The notes beneath the pieces were generated by a model. That model was not told where the DNA came from and made no database searches. It was given only the letters and a program-made list of their open reading frames with translations. A stretch of 64,000 nt of DNA. Origin: Lingula anatina (Eukaryota; Animalia; Brachiopoda). The translations under genes and the position numbers were made by a program. The stretch is taken from contig CM120644.1 of the NCBI GenBank assembly GCA_051362555.1, positions 19,366,534 to 19,430,533 on the forward strand. The letters are read 5' to 3'. Position 1 is the stretch's first letter. The number at the start of each line of letters is the position of its first letter. Positions 54,128 to 64,000 of this stretch are shown piece by piece.

Positions 54128-55310
54128 CATTAGTACCACCAGCGTGTACGCTGGCGGTACTCATGGTTTTAGTCCCGACCTGTCTCGTCCGGCTCCGCCG
54201 GCTCCGTTGGCTCCGCCGGCTCCGCGTACTGGCGCCGGATACAAGTCACCGTTACCGCTTCTCCTCCTAGACCACAAGGACCCCTGTCCCCATCTCTTGG
54301 ATTTAGGTCACATATAACCTCAACTTGAACCCCCAGGTTTTTTTGTCTCAGTCGGTGCATTGACCTGGGCGTGACGCTCGTTGCAATGCACCCTTGTCAA
54401 AATTTTTGAAAATTCAATGCCAATTATCTACCCTACGGAAGGAATTATGGGAAAAATTTCTCCAGACGGCTTTCCAAAAGTCATATGTGTAGATTTCAAA
54501 TATGCCCTTGGATTTGACCTTTGACCTTTATTTCAAGGTCAAACGGGCCAAAATTTTCAAAAAAATGAAATTTTTTACGAAAAAAATATTATTTGCACTG
54601 TTATTCAGACACTACACAGACTTAACCAATAATTATATTGGAAAGTGTTACCCTTTGGGTCATCTTTCATCTCCATGAATTTGGGGTCAATTGGTGCATT
54701 TTCTCGGGAGTAGCGGCCATAAGATACCGAAACTGAAAACTGTCTTAATTCGGCGGGAACCGTTAATGCTAGCGACCCGTTCTTTTTTGCATTTTGTAGA
54801 GCATGTAAAGCCCAACACTGAGAGTGGTCGCCGGTTTTTTTTGTATTTCAAAGGGTTTTCGTGTTATGCTGTATTAAAAAGTACTTTGTGGTGGCACATT
54901 ATTGTAACTCGGAATTGTAACATTTAGTCCCTTATATCTCCAAAACTGGCAGAGGTGGTCAATAGTTATTATTTAAGTTGAATAGGAAGTCATTTACTTG
55001 GAATCTAGATGTGACCTTGAAATTGACCTTTGACCTACTTTTCACCATGAACTGAACTTTGCAAATTTTTGTTCCGTTTAATCTCCAAAACTGGCAGAGA
55101 TAGGTCCATAGTTACAATTGAACTTGAATAGGAAGTCATTAGAGGCAATTTACTCTGACCTTGACGTTGACCTTTGACCTACTTTTTATCATGAACTGAA
55201 CTTTGCAAATTTTTATTCCCTTTTATCTCCAAAACTGGCAAAGATAGATCCATAGTTACTATTGAACTTAAATAGGAAGTCATATACTGGCAATTTACTG
55301 TGACCTTTAA
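54128..55310 (+). mobile_element. Nested HINE-like element, 3' end not found
   Basis: 5' palindrome agtaccaccagcgtgtacgctggcggtact, (ggctccgcc)n microsatellite, three tandem units carrying tctccaaaactggca..aataggaagtcat..tgacctt. Confidence 0.6.
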
Positions 55311-55864
55311 TTTATTATTGAATTTTATGCAATTTTGTGTGAAATTTTCATTTTTCTCATTCTGGCACTTTCTAAGTATAAACTTTAACTCTGATGGGCC
55401 TGAAGCCTTATGATTTTACTTTCGTCGGTGTTACCTATTGTGCAAAATTAAAATTTGATGTTGACTGTGCAGTTAAACATAATGTATTATTGCATCAGAA
55501 TTGGTAGTCTCCTATTTTGTGCATTATTGTTTTGTGCTTTTCTTAAGTTGTTACTTATGGGCCTGAAAGACCTTTGAGAGGGTCAGTCTGTAAATTTCCC
55601 TTGGGTATCACTTAGCTAATTTCAGTGTTAGAAAGTCATTTGCCTAATTAATTGGCCATTAAATGAGATTACATAAAGCACACTTGTTGATATTTCCCTG
55701 TAAACTCCCAAAGGTTAAGTTCTCTGCTAGATTAATAATAAGGAAGCAGTGATAATTATGCAGGTAAATTTTGTTTAAAATTGCAAATAAGTTTTTAATA
55801 TATATATATATATATATCAAACTCAAAGATGAAAAGTTTGAATAGCAGCTTCATTGGAATTATA

Positions 55865-56053
55865 TTTACCTCTGCCAAGGAGGTTATATTTTCACCCCTG
55901 TTTGTCTGTCATCAACATAACTCAAAAAGTTATGGACCGATTTTGATGAAATTTTCAGGAACTGTCAGAAGTGGGTCAAAGAGGACAATAATCAATAATA
56001 ATCAACAATTGCTGCCTTGGCAGAGGTCTGCACTCTCGGAGCGCTTTTCTAGT
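55865..56053 (+). mobile_element. Complete short HINE/DINE-like element, nested
   Basis: Subterminal IR cctctgccaagg / ccttggcagagg, 3' hairpin gcactctcggagcgc, terminal CTAG, T-rich flanks. Confidence 0.8.
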
Positions 56054-58244
56054 TTTGTTATGTTTTCCTTTATAATTTTTTCTCAAACACTTGCATTTGT
56101 GACTTTTAATTCTCATCTGCCTGAGGCCCTGACATTTCTGTATTTCCACATAAGCAGTTGGATTGTTTTTTATGTCTTTAAACATTATGTTATGTAATAT
56201 TATTTTATGCACTGTCATCATTTTTCAAATATTGAGACTTTCATCATGTGAATTTGAACTCTCATGGTCCTGAAACTGTAATCTTATTGAAGGGGTGGAT
56301 TGAGACCATCTTCTGGGTCTTCCGGAGGACAGTCAGGTTATTAAGTTTATATTGACTGGTATCTATTTTTTTTCTGTTGGAAGACCATCAAAATGGAGGA
56401 TGGATCAAAATAGATACTTTGGAATACTGTCAGAAAATATCTCTGGGTCCGCTCATGTTATTGACCATTTGAACTGTTGTGCAGGATTAAAATTCAGTGT
56501 TGACTGACAGTGCTATTATAAGCATTATTTATTATTGCATCAAAATTGACAAAATGTCCTTTTTTTGTATCTTTATTTTCTGTTTTTTGTCTGTACATTT
56601 GACAGCTTTGCTGCCTTGTTTTTTTTTACAGTTTAATGATAATCTTTATTTAGAAACATATTGATGAATTAAAACGATGGATATCTTCTGAAGGAATATT
56701 GTAACATATTTCCAGATTCATCAACAGAAGAGAAACCTAGGAGCATACCTTCCTATCAGCATGACAGCAAGGACAAATCTGATGTACTTCAACTAATGCA
56801 AATCTGGACCAGTAGAACTAACACGTTTTTATTCTCAAAGTGACTAAAAACTCTGCAGTATTTGGGATCAGAGAAATCTTACTTAAAAAAATCATTAACT
56901 GCATTTAAAAGTCTGAAGTCTACTAGTACTATTGCTGTGTAAATTGAAAAAAAAAAAAAAAAAGAACTTGCTGGATGGGTGGGATCTACATAATTCATTT
57001 TGTTTTCTCCATTATGTCTTTCATGTTATACAATTTTATGTCATATTAAATGTTATGCAATATACATTATAAAGAAAATACATGTTAAATGGATTAGATC
57101 CTTTGTGTATTTGGTACAAATTGTTTGTGCTTTATTATAATCTTTATAGTTTATCTGTCGTAATAAAACATGAAGATACTTGAATATAAAAGCAAAAGTG
57201 TAGTTATCAATAATTCAGCCATTTGGTAGGGTATGTGAATGAGTGTTTATGTGTGTAACTGAGTATAGTTAAATTTTTGTTCAATGTATAGTTCATTTTT
57301 TAAGTTTAATAGAAGGCATTTAAAAACAAATTTGATTTAAAAATTGGAGAAAAAATTGGAATCAGAAATCAAATGTTGGTGGATTTTATTTATTGTAGAT
57401 AAAAGTTGCTGACTTCTTCCCCCACATTTCAAATGCCTTAAAACAAGAATCATATTATGCTTTGTAAAACATTTTAACTAAAAGATTCCCACTGGATATT
57501 TTTGTTACCCTTGAAAGCCACTTTTTATTTCCTTGCGATGCATGAAATGTCCATATTTTTTAGCGTGATCTGTGAAGCACCTCATTCCTTTGACACTTAA
57601 TGCAACTTTTTGTTCTTTGCCCTTCATGAAACGAAGCATTATACCTGGTGATTCATGATTTTCAGGATTTTCAAGTAGCATTGTCAGTGACATATGCATT
57701 AAGTTTTGCATACTGTGATTTTTAAATTGACTTTTTTTCCCGTCAACTGTGATCACCCCTCCCCAATGCTACCCTCAATTAAGAAAAAAGAAAAACAAAA
57801 CACATTTGATTACACAAAATTAATATTTCATTGTAAAATTAAGAGAATAACATTTGAAATTTTAAACTGGCTGCTATAGAAGCAATAGTAGTTCTGCAAT
57901 GATGACCCTGAAAAATGAGAAGATGAAAATATTAAAATATATTTCAGTTAAAATGTATTATCTTAAAATGTTGACAGTAACTCTCCAACCAGCAGCTTCC
58001 GGCTGCTATCATATAATTATGTAGATGTTTTACCAGCTGTTTGACATAGTGTACCTCTTAAAAACTGAAAGTTCACTTAGTTATGATGCCATCAAAACAA
58101 GGAAACAAACAAAAGAACTTCCTTGTGACTGTATAATGAATCTGTTCTTTTTTAAAATGCTGTCAAATTTCTAAATATCCAGAGTGATTAGATTTATTCA
58201 ATAACTACAACAAAAATAACAACAACAACAATAATAATAACCAT

Positions 58245-58511
58245 TTATGTTCTTGATCTTCGTCTGAAGCAAGACGTGAAAAGACTTAAAAATCTTCTCC
58301 ACCTGGATGGGCGTCTGTCCTTGGAAGCTGAAATATATGACACAATATTACCTTACTAATAAATATACAACAATACATAACCTTCAATAAGTTGTCAGTG
58401 CACCACATTATTTCATACATGCAACTGCACTGAAAATCTTTTACAATTTTTTAAAATGGACAAATTAGACAATTAAAACAGTACTTGTAAAAAGGCCATA
58501 CACATCAATAC

Positions 58512-58552
<41 letters not shown>

Positions 58553-59136
58553 ATGCTTGCAAGTTGCATGCACAATCACATTCCATCAGTGTAATAAATA
58601 AATCCTAATTCTATTGACCCTGATATCTTACCTATCTCCTTCATGTCCTCTGTCACAGTTGTTGTGTCTTTGATATTGACTGAAGAAAGACAGGAAAACA
58701 AATTAAACATCCCATACATGTGCACAACAAAGATTCAACACATTACTGAACATAGTCAAAGATACATTGAAAGACGTAGATAACTGAACAGTGAATTTTA
58801 ACTCAGTGTTTGTGCGTAAGAGTCTCCACCCTAAAGTCCATCTGTGTGTTTACATTTTTTAAGTGTGTTAAATGAATTCCTGTTAAATTGCCCTTACAGT
58901 CTTACCTTTTTCTTTGATGCCCTCAGCATCTGACACACTCTTTGTGTCTTTAATATCAGCTGAAGAAAAAATGATATCAAAAAAAATTTAACATTCTATA
59001 TCTGTGCATGTTCAAATAGGATTCAGCATTACAATTTGTTAAGAACGTTCAAAGATTTAATTGATTTTAAAAATTATCTTCTTAAGTATGCTAAAGACCA
59101 GACTTTGTTTGAGCAACATGATTGTGGTGTGTATAA

Positions 59137-59174
<38 letters not shown>

Positions 59175-60324
59175 ATGCAGGTGTCATAAGTAAATTAAAA
59201 TTCATAATTATTCTACTGAGATTCCAGCCTTACCTAGCTCCTCAATACTTAGGGTCTTAACAATTGCTACATTGTTCTCTTCTTTGGTATCACCTGAAAG
59301 AACAGAATTGAATTTTAAGGAATACCAAGTGTGTTCAATAATTACACAGCAAGAGCATTAATTTTTCTGAAGATAAAGTATCTTCTTAAGACTGTCAAAG
59401 GCCAGACATACTGTGCAACATAGTGTGCATGTACGTGTGTGTGTGTGTGTGTGTGTGCACATGTGCATGCTAGATAACGGAACAGTGGATTTTAACTCAG
59501 TGTTTGTGCGTGAGAGTCTCCACCCTAAAGTCCATCTGTGTGTGTTTACACTTTTTAATTTTGTTAAATGAATTCCTGTTAAATTGCCCTTACTGTCTTA
59601 CATTTTCTTTGATGCCCTCAGCATCTGACACACTCTTTGTGTCTTTGATATATGCTTAAGAAAAAATGATATCAATTAAAGACTTAATATTCCATATTTG
59701 TGAACTAGGATTCAGTATTACAATTTCTGAAGACACATTCAAAGACTTAACTGACTTTAAAAATAAATCAATTATCTTCATAAGTATGCTAAAGACCGTG
59801 TATGTGTGTTTGTTAGTGTATGTGTGTGCACACATGTTTCATAAGTATATTAAAATTCATAATTATTCTACTGAGATTCCAGCCTTACCTAGCTTCTCAA
59901 TACTTAGGGTCTTAACAATTGCTACATTGTTCTCTTCTTTGGTATCACCTGAAAGAACAGAACTGAATTTTAAGAAATACCAAGTGAAGATAAAGTATCT
60001 TCTTAAGGCTTCATTCACATGCAATGTCTATTTTCTAAATTCTATTTTCTATTCGCGGTATGTCTTATGATCACGGTCTGTGCCCTGAATATCCCGCGGC
60101 GTAATTACTGGCAGCACGAGCCAGTTACTATAAGTTACTATAAGTAACTGGCTCGCGCTGCCAGTAATTACGCGGCGGGATATTCAGGGCACAGACCGTG
60201 ATCATAAGATACCGCAAATAGAAAATAGATTTTTAGAAAATAGACATTCCATGTGAACGAAGCCTTAGACTATCAAAGGCCAGAATTACTGTGTGTGTGT
60301 GTATGTTCATGTGGGAGTGTGCTA

Positions 60325-60358
<34 letters not shown>

Positions 60359-62250
60359 CTGTTTCATGTGTGTATTAAAGTCATAATTGTTTTACTGAGA
60401 TGCCAGTCTTATCTATCTCTTTAGTGTTAGGACTCTTTACAATTGTTATTCTGTTGGTATCAGCTGAAACATGAGAACTGAACTCAAATCTAAGGACACA
60501 CAATACATGTATTTGTTTTGTCTATACTTAACACATCAAATACATCATGGCATTGAGTAAAATACAGTAAACCTGGTGATTCTGTATGTTGGAGACAAAA
60601 GGGGGGTGTTAGTCTGTTAATCTGATTGTATTCAGCGAGAGTTTCCATGGAGTTAGTGCATATTAGCTAGGTCTTTAAATTCAGACTTGCACCCTGAGAG
60701 TCAGAGTGTTGTAGCCATAAATAATTTTATTTCATGATTCCTTGCTAGTAGATTAAAAATGCACCAAGTTAATTGCTATATCTGTGAATTATTGTCTTGA
60801 ATAGAGCAATACAATTATATAATGCAATTCACTTACCACTGGTGTGGACTTCAGGCTCGTACATGTAATTCAACTCTGGAATAAGATGTCACATTTATTT
60901 GTCATTCACAAGTTATGATATAGATTAAAATATGTATTTGACAGAATTAAAGGATCATTTCATCATTTCTGTTCACAGGTTATATTTCATAGGATTATAA
61001 GATCAAGTAATCTGTTTTTACCATACATTATACATGACAAAATTAAAAGTTTATTTCACCTTTTATTTCCATTGGTTATATCAAATAGAATTAAAAGATC
61101 AAGCACCTTTTATTTCCATGTCCAGTTCTCCCCAAGTACAGGTCACTTCCATGCTGTCCTTGGTGGTCACCTGGAGGCACCTGTTCCTAAAGGGTTCAGG
61201 CTCCCATGTCCAGCCAGACCCAGGGTGGTAAGGCTGAATGAATGATGAATGAATACTTAAATAACTTGATAATATGTAAATGTATAAAATGATAATATAA
61301 TTTTATAAATATATACAATTACTAATAAATCAAATACTCCAGAGAAATGAATGAAGGTATGAATAAATACTTTAACATGTTGGATTTTAAATTTTCTATT
61401 TAAATTTCGAAGAAAATCATTTTTACCTTAGATTATCATTTTTGTAAAAAGATATAATACTTACATTTTGTGGCTTAATGAATTTCCATTCCATTTTAGA
61501 GCCCTTGGGCAGGAGAAACTCTGCCCTTAGAGACGGGATGCCCATGTTGGTGGTCCTTGGCATGTTAATGCCGCGCTGGGTGTCCCAGCCTCCAAGGGCA
61601 GTTCCCCTGCCCACCACTTTTGCTTTCAACAGGTTTTCTGTCAAAATTAGTCTGACAGTGGCTTTGGCTGTTCAAAATAAAAAGTAAAATAGAAAGAAAT
61701 CCTATCAATATATCTTTTTGACATTTTCACTACAGATATTCAAATTTACCACTTAATTAATGTAAATAAAGTATGTGATACCTTACTTTCATATTACAAA
61801 GAAATTAATTAGTTGTTTTAGGCCCATTGTAATGAATTTCCAGACCATTTATCAAAAACATACAGTCAAACAAACACACACAACTTACGAGCACACTGTT
61901 CTTTTTTGTTTATTTCAATCTCCATATCAGCTGTCGTCTGCAATAGTGTAATAAATAAATAAATGAAATCTTAGTTTAATAAGATGGAAATAATTAATAG
62001 ATTTCTGTATCTTCACTGTCTTGATAGTTTTTAAAATAAACATTTGCGCCATTACAAGAATGATCAGCAAAACGTTTTGTGTGACAGGAAATTTCCAAGA
62101 AATTTCCAAGAATTTTATTTAGAATATTAGTTAATCACGAAAACATCAGGGACAACACTGTAAAAAGGCGCTATGTGGGCTTACTTTAAACTTGATACGG
62201 GGTTTCAGTTTGGAAGAAAAAAAAAAACTTACCAGCGACTGTGTAGACAT
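58245..62250 (-). CDS. CBM20 (starch/glycogen-binding domain) protein with micro-exon repeat linker and basic C-terminal tail, ~246 aa
   Basis: Exons 62250-62233, 61937-61889, 61667-61465, 61233-61107, 60875-60837, 59948-59889, 59293-59234, 58959-58906, 58679-58632, 58327-58245: all AG/GT, phase-compatible, 741 nt, no internal stop. CBM20 motifs VVGRGTALGGWD...LLPKGSKMEWKF...WTWEPEPFRNR...VTCTW. Confidence 0.85.
59602..59654 (-). pseudogene. Dead micro-exon (53 nt, frame-breaking, AAG acceptor)
   Basis: Copy of the 54-nt exon 58959-58906 (YIKDTKSVSDAEGIKEN), one base short. Confidence 0.75.
60007..60264. mobile_element. Fully palindromic PIF/Harbinger-like MITE
   Basis: GGCTTCATTCACATG...CATGTGAACGAAGCC with ~125-bp arms; TAA/TTA flanks; empty site tcttcttaagact at ~59381-59393; fragment at ~31735-31768. 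Confidence 0.9.
60413..60463 (-). pseudogene. Dead micro-exon (51 nt; donor GT->AT)
   Basis: TTTCAG|ADTNRITIVKSPNTKEI|ATAAGA, versus GTAAG in sibling exons. Confidence 0.75.
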
Positions 62251-62839
62251 TGCCTCTTTGCTTTGTTTACAAAACAATTTAATTAATAATAATAATCATT
62301 GTATTAAGAAACTTCATTGGACGGCTCCTGTATTGTTTCCTCAACTTTAAACCAATCGGATTGACGCTTCGTTGAAGCTCTCGACCTTGAGTCTTTCTGC
62401 TAAATACAAATCACAATATATCACAATATATATCACAGAGCCTGGACTCTGGTCATATTTATTGCAGTGCCAGAACCCTCTTTCTCCTTGCACGAGTTTT
62501 TTTAGGAGGCAGGCGATGACCTGTTGCTGATACTGACCGCAGTCCATTAAAAATCCAAAGTCACACCTCTTGCACAGCGCCATCTATACTAAACAATGTT
62601 TATATAGCGTATCAGGCAAAGGGTGATGCTGAAAAGCGGGGATTTTCATCAAGTGTCATCTTCCATCAGGACACTTTTTTCTAAGATGGTTCTGTTATAG
62701 ATTCTTTTTGCAAACTTTATCGGTGAGTTCAGGATGAGACATCTGAAGTGAAGGACACATTTGGTATCGACTGTGTCAGTTGTTCACTGTTCACATCACG
62801 ATGCAATGTGCTTGTGAAGATTTTACAATGTGCTGCTAT

Positions 62840-63810
62840 GGAATTTGCCAGTGTTTTCAGTGTAATTTTCAGTTTATTCAAACATATCGTACCAAAAACA
62901 CTTTTTATTTGACAGTCAACTGATCAGGTTATCACAGATTATTAAAGTTGATAAGCTTTATTAGTACAATTTTGAGAAACATTGGACTAGATTTGACAAA
63001 CTTATTAATGTTTAGCTATTTTAAGTCATTGAATGTGCCAGTCTTTTCAATGTAATTTCAGTATTTTCATTTATATTGTTCTTGTTCCAGAGTACCCTTA
63101 CCATGAAAAAGCAGGCAGTGAAAGACAGCACCAAGAGCAGCACTATGTCTTATCCATGTGTACAATACATGATATTTGGCAAGATTTAAGACATTGTCAA
63201 CTATTGTGATAACAACAACCCCTCCCAGAAACCCAATGTAAGTTGTAATCTGCATCTGGCATTGGTAGTAAGGAGAAGTCTTGTATGGGTTGATATTGTT
63301 ATCCAGATGACACTTATAGGTAATTTGCAACCTCTTACACAAACAACCTCAAATCTTCACATTTGCTGTTTTCTTCGACAGTAAATATGACATTGAAATA
63401 TTAGTTTAGGTTAATTCTCACTCTTCTGATTATCAATTTCCAAAAAAACTGATGCTTAAAAAAGACACAGACAACTGATCAGCTTATCACAGATTTTTAT
63501 TGTTGTAAAACTTAATTTGTACAAATATGAGAAACATTGGACAGGATTTGACAAAATTTTTAATGTTTAACTATTTTATGTCATGGAATTTGCCAGTGTT
63601 TTCAATGTAATTTTCAGTTTTCTAAAATATACTGTCCGAAAAATTACTTTTCATTAGACGCAGTCAGCTGATCTCAGATTATTAAAGTTATAAAGCTTAA
63701 TTTGTACAAATTTCTGAAACATTGGACTAGATTTGATAAAATTCTTTATGTTTAACTATTTTATGTCATGAAATTTGCCAGGCTTTTCAGTGTAATTTTC
63801 AGTTTGTTCA
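62840..63810. repeat. Diverged ~190-220-bp tandem repeat, 3-4 copies, interrupted at ~63070-63450
   Basis: Recurring gaaacattggac.agatttgac.aa...atgttta.ctatttta.gtcat..aatttgccag.gttttca.tgtaattttcagtt. Confidence 0.8.
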
Positions 63811-64000
63811 AATACAGACTTGACATTTAATATGGAATATTTTTTCCAAATCATTTTTCATCAGTTTTTTTTCCTATTTTACTGACTGATAAATGAAAAT
63901 AAGGATTAAAATCGTGTTCTAATAACTTTTAATTATCTCTTTGATGTCATTGTGACATCAGTTCATTAATGGAATTCGCCAGAGAAGCAAACAAAAACAC

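Larger units (their letters stand above)
52242..56618 (+). mobile_element. ~4.4-kb Helentron-type non-autonomous element with internal tandem repeats and nested insertions
   Basis: 5' ATGTACAGAC..GTCTGTACAT palindrome plus (tgtcgccgt)n microsatellite; 3' subterminal GTCTGTACAT plus GACAGC-ttt-GCTGCC hairpin; inserted in a T-run; absent from copy 1 (~21290). Internal ~150-180-bp and ~350-bp repeats. Confidence 0.8.
34945..56880 (+). repeat. Segmental duplication, copy 2 (expanded by transposon insertions)
   Basis: Colinear with 7305-21550; extra DNA at 41018-42911, ~44240-44900, 46814-46979, ~47050-47710, 48599-48825 and 52242-56618. Confidence 0.95.
58780..60290. repeat. Intragenic tandem duplication of a two-micro-exon cassette (~58780-59410 vs ~59475-60285)
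   Basis: Near-identical intron and exon sequence (ttttaactcagtgtttgtgcgt.agagtctccaccctaaagtcc ... ggtatcacctgaaagaacagaa) occurs twice. Confidence 0.92.

Noticed and set aside
62347-62583. ORF MALCKRCDFG... as the first exon of the CBM20 gene
   Set aside because: No convincing donor linking it in frame; the ATG at 62250 with a GTAAG donor gives a complete model.
63090-63240. Plus-strand exon-like segment (AG...GTAAGT)
   Set aside because: The frames examined hit stops and no product is recognisable; unresolved at the window edge.

Overview
AT-rich genomic DNA from an animal, probably a marine invertebrate (inferred from repeat content and introns); it is not prokaryotic. (1) A complete, hand-assembled minus-strand gene of about 10 exons (62250->58245, ~246 aa), nearly invisible to the ORF track. 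It encodes an N-terminal CBM20 starch/glycogen-binding domain, a linker built from duplicated symmetric phase-1 micro-exons (some dead), and a basic amphipathic C-terminal tail. Dead paralogous exons lie at 3.9-6.3 kb, and a copy of its upstream region at 1-345 implies another paralog left of the window. (2) A large direct segmental duplication (~7.3-21.55 kb vs ~34.95-56.9 kb). Each copy carries a minus-strand, minisatellite-like C2H2 zinc-finger array with Cys in place of the helix +4 Leu (one copy frameshifted, one with 13 intact fingers), a near-identical tRNA-like or vault-like Pol III unit, a CTCF motif and plus-strand exons of a probably non-coding transcript. (3) A plus-strand 4-exon polycystin-1 (PKD1)-like transmembrane fragment at 31.9-33.9 kb with an in-frame TAG. 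(4) Many non-autonomous DNA transposons (hAT-like, Harbinger-like, Helentron-type HINEs, and CAG-ended MITEs with 5-bp TSDs), several confirmed by empty paralogous sites, plus minisatellites and hairpins. All calls are by eye; no alignments or database searches were run.
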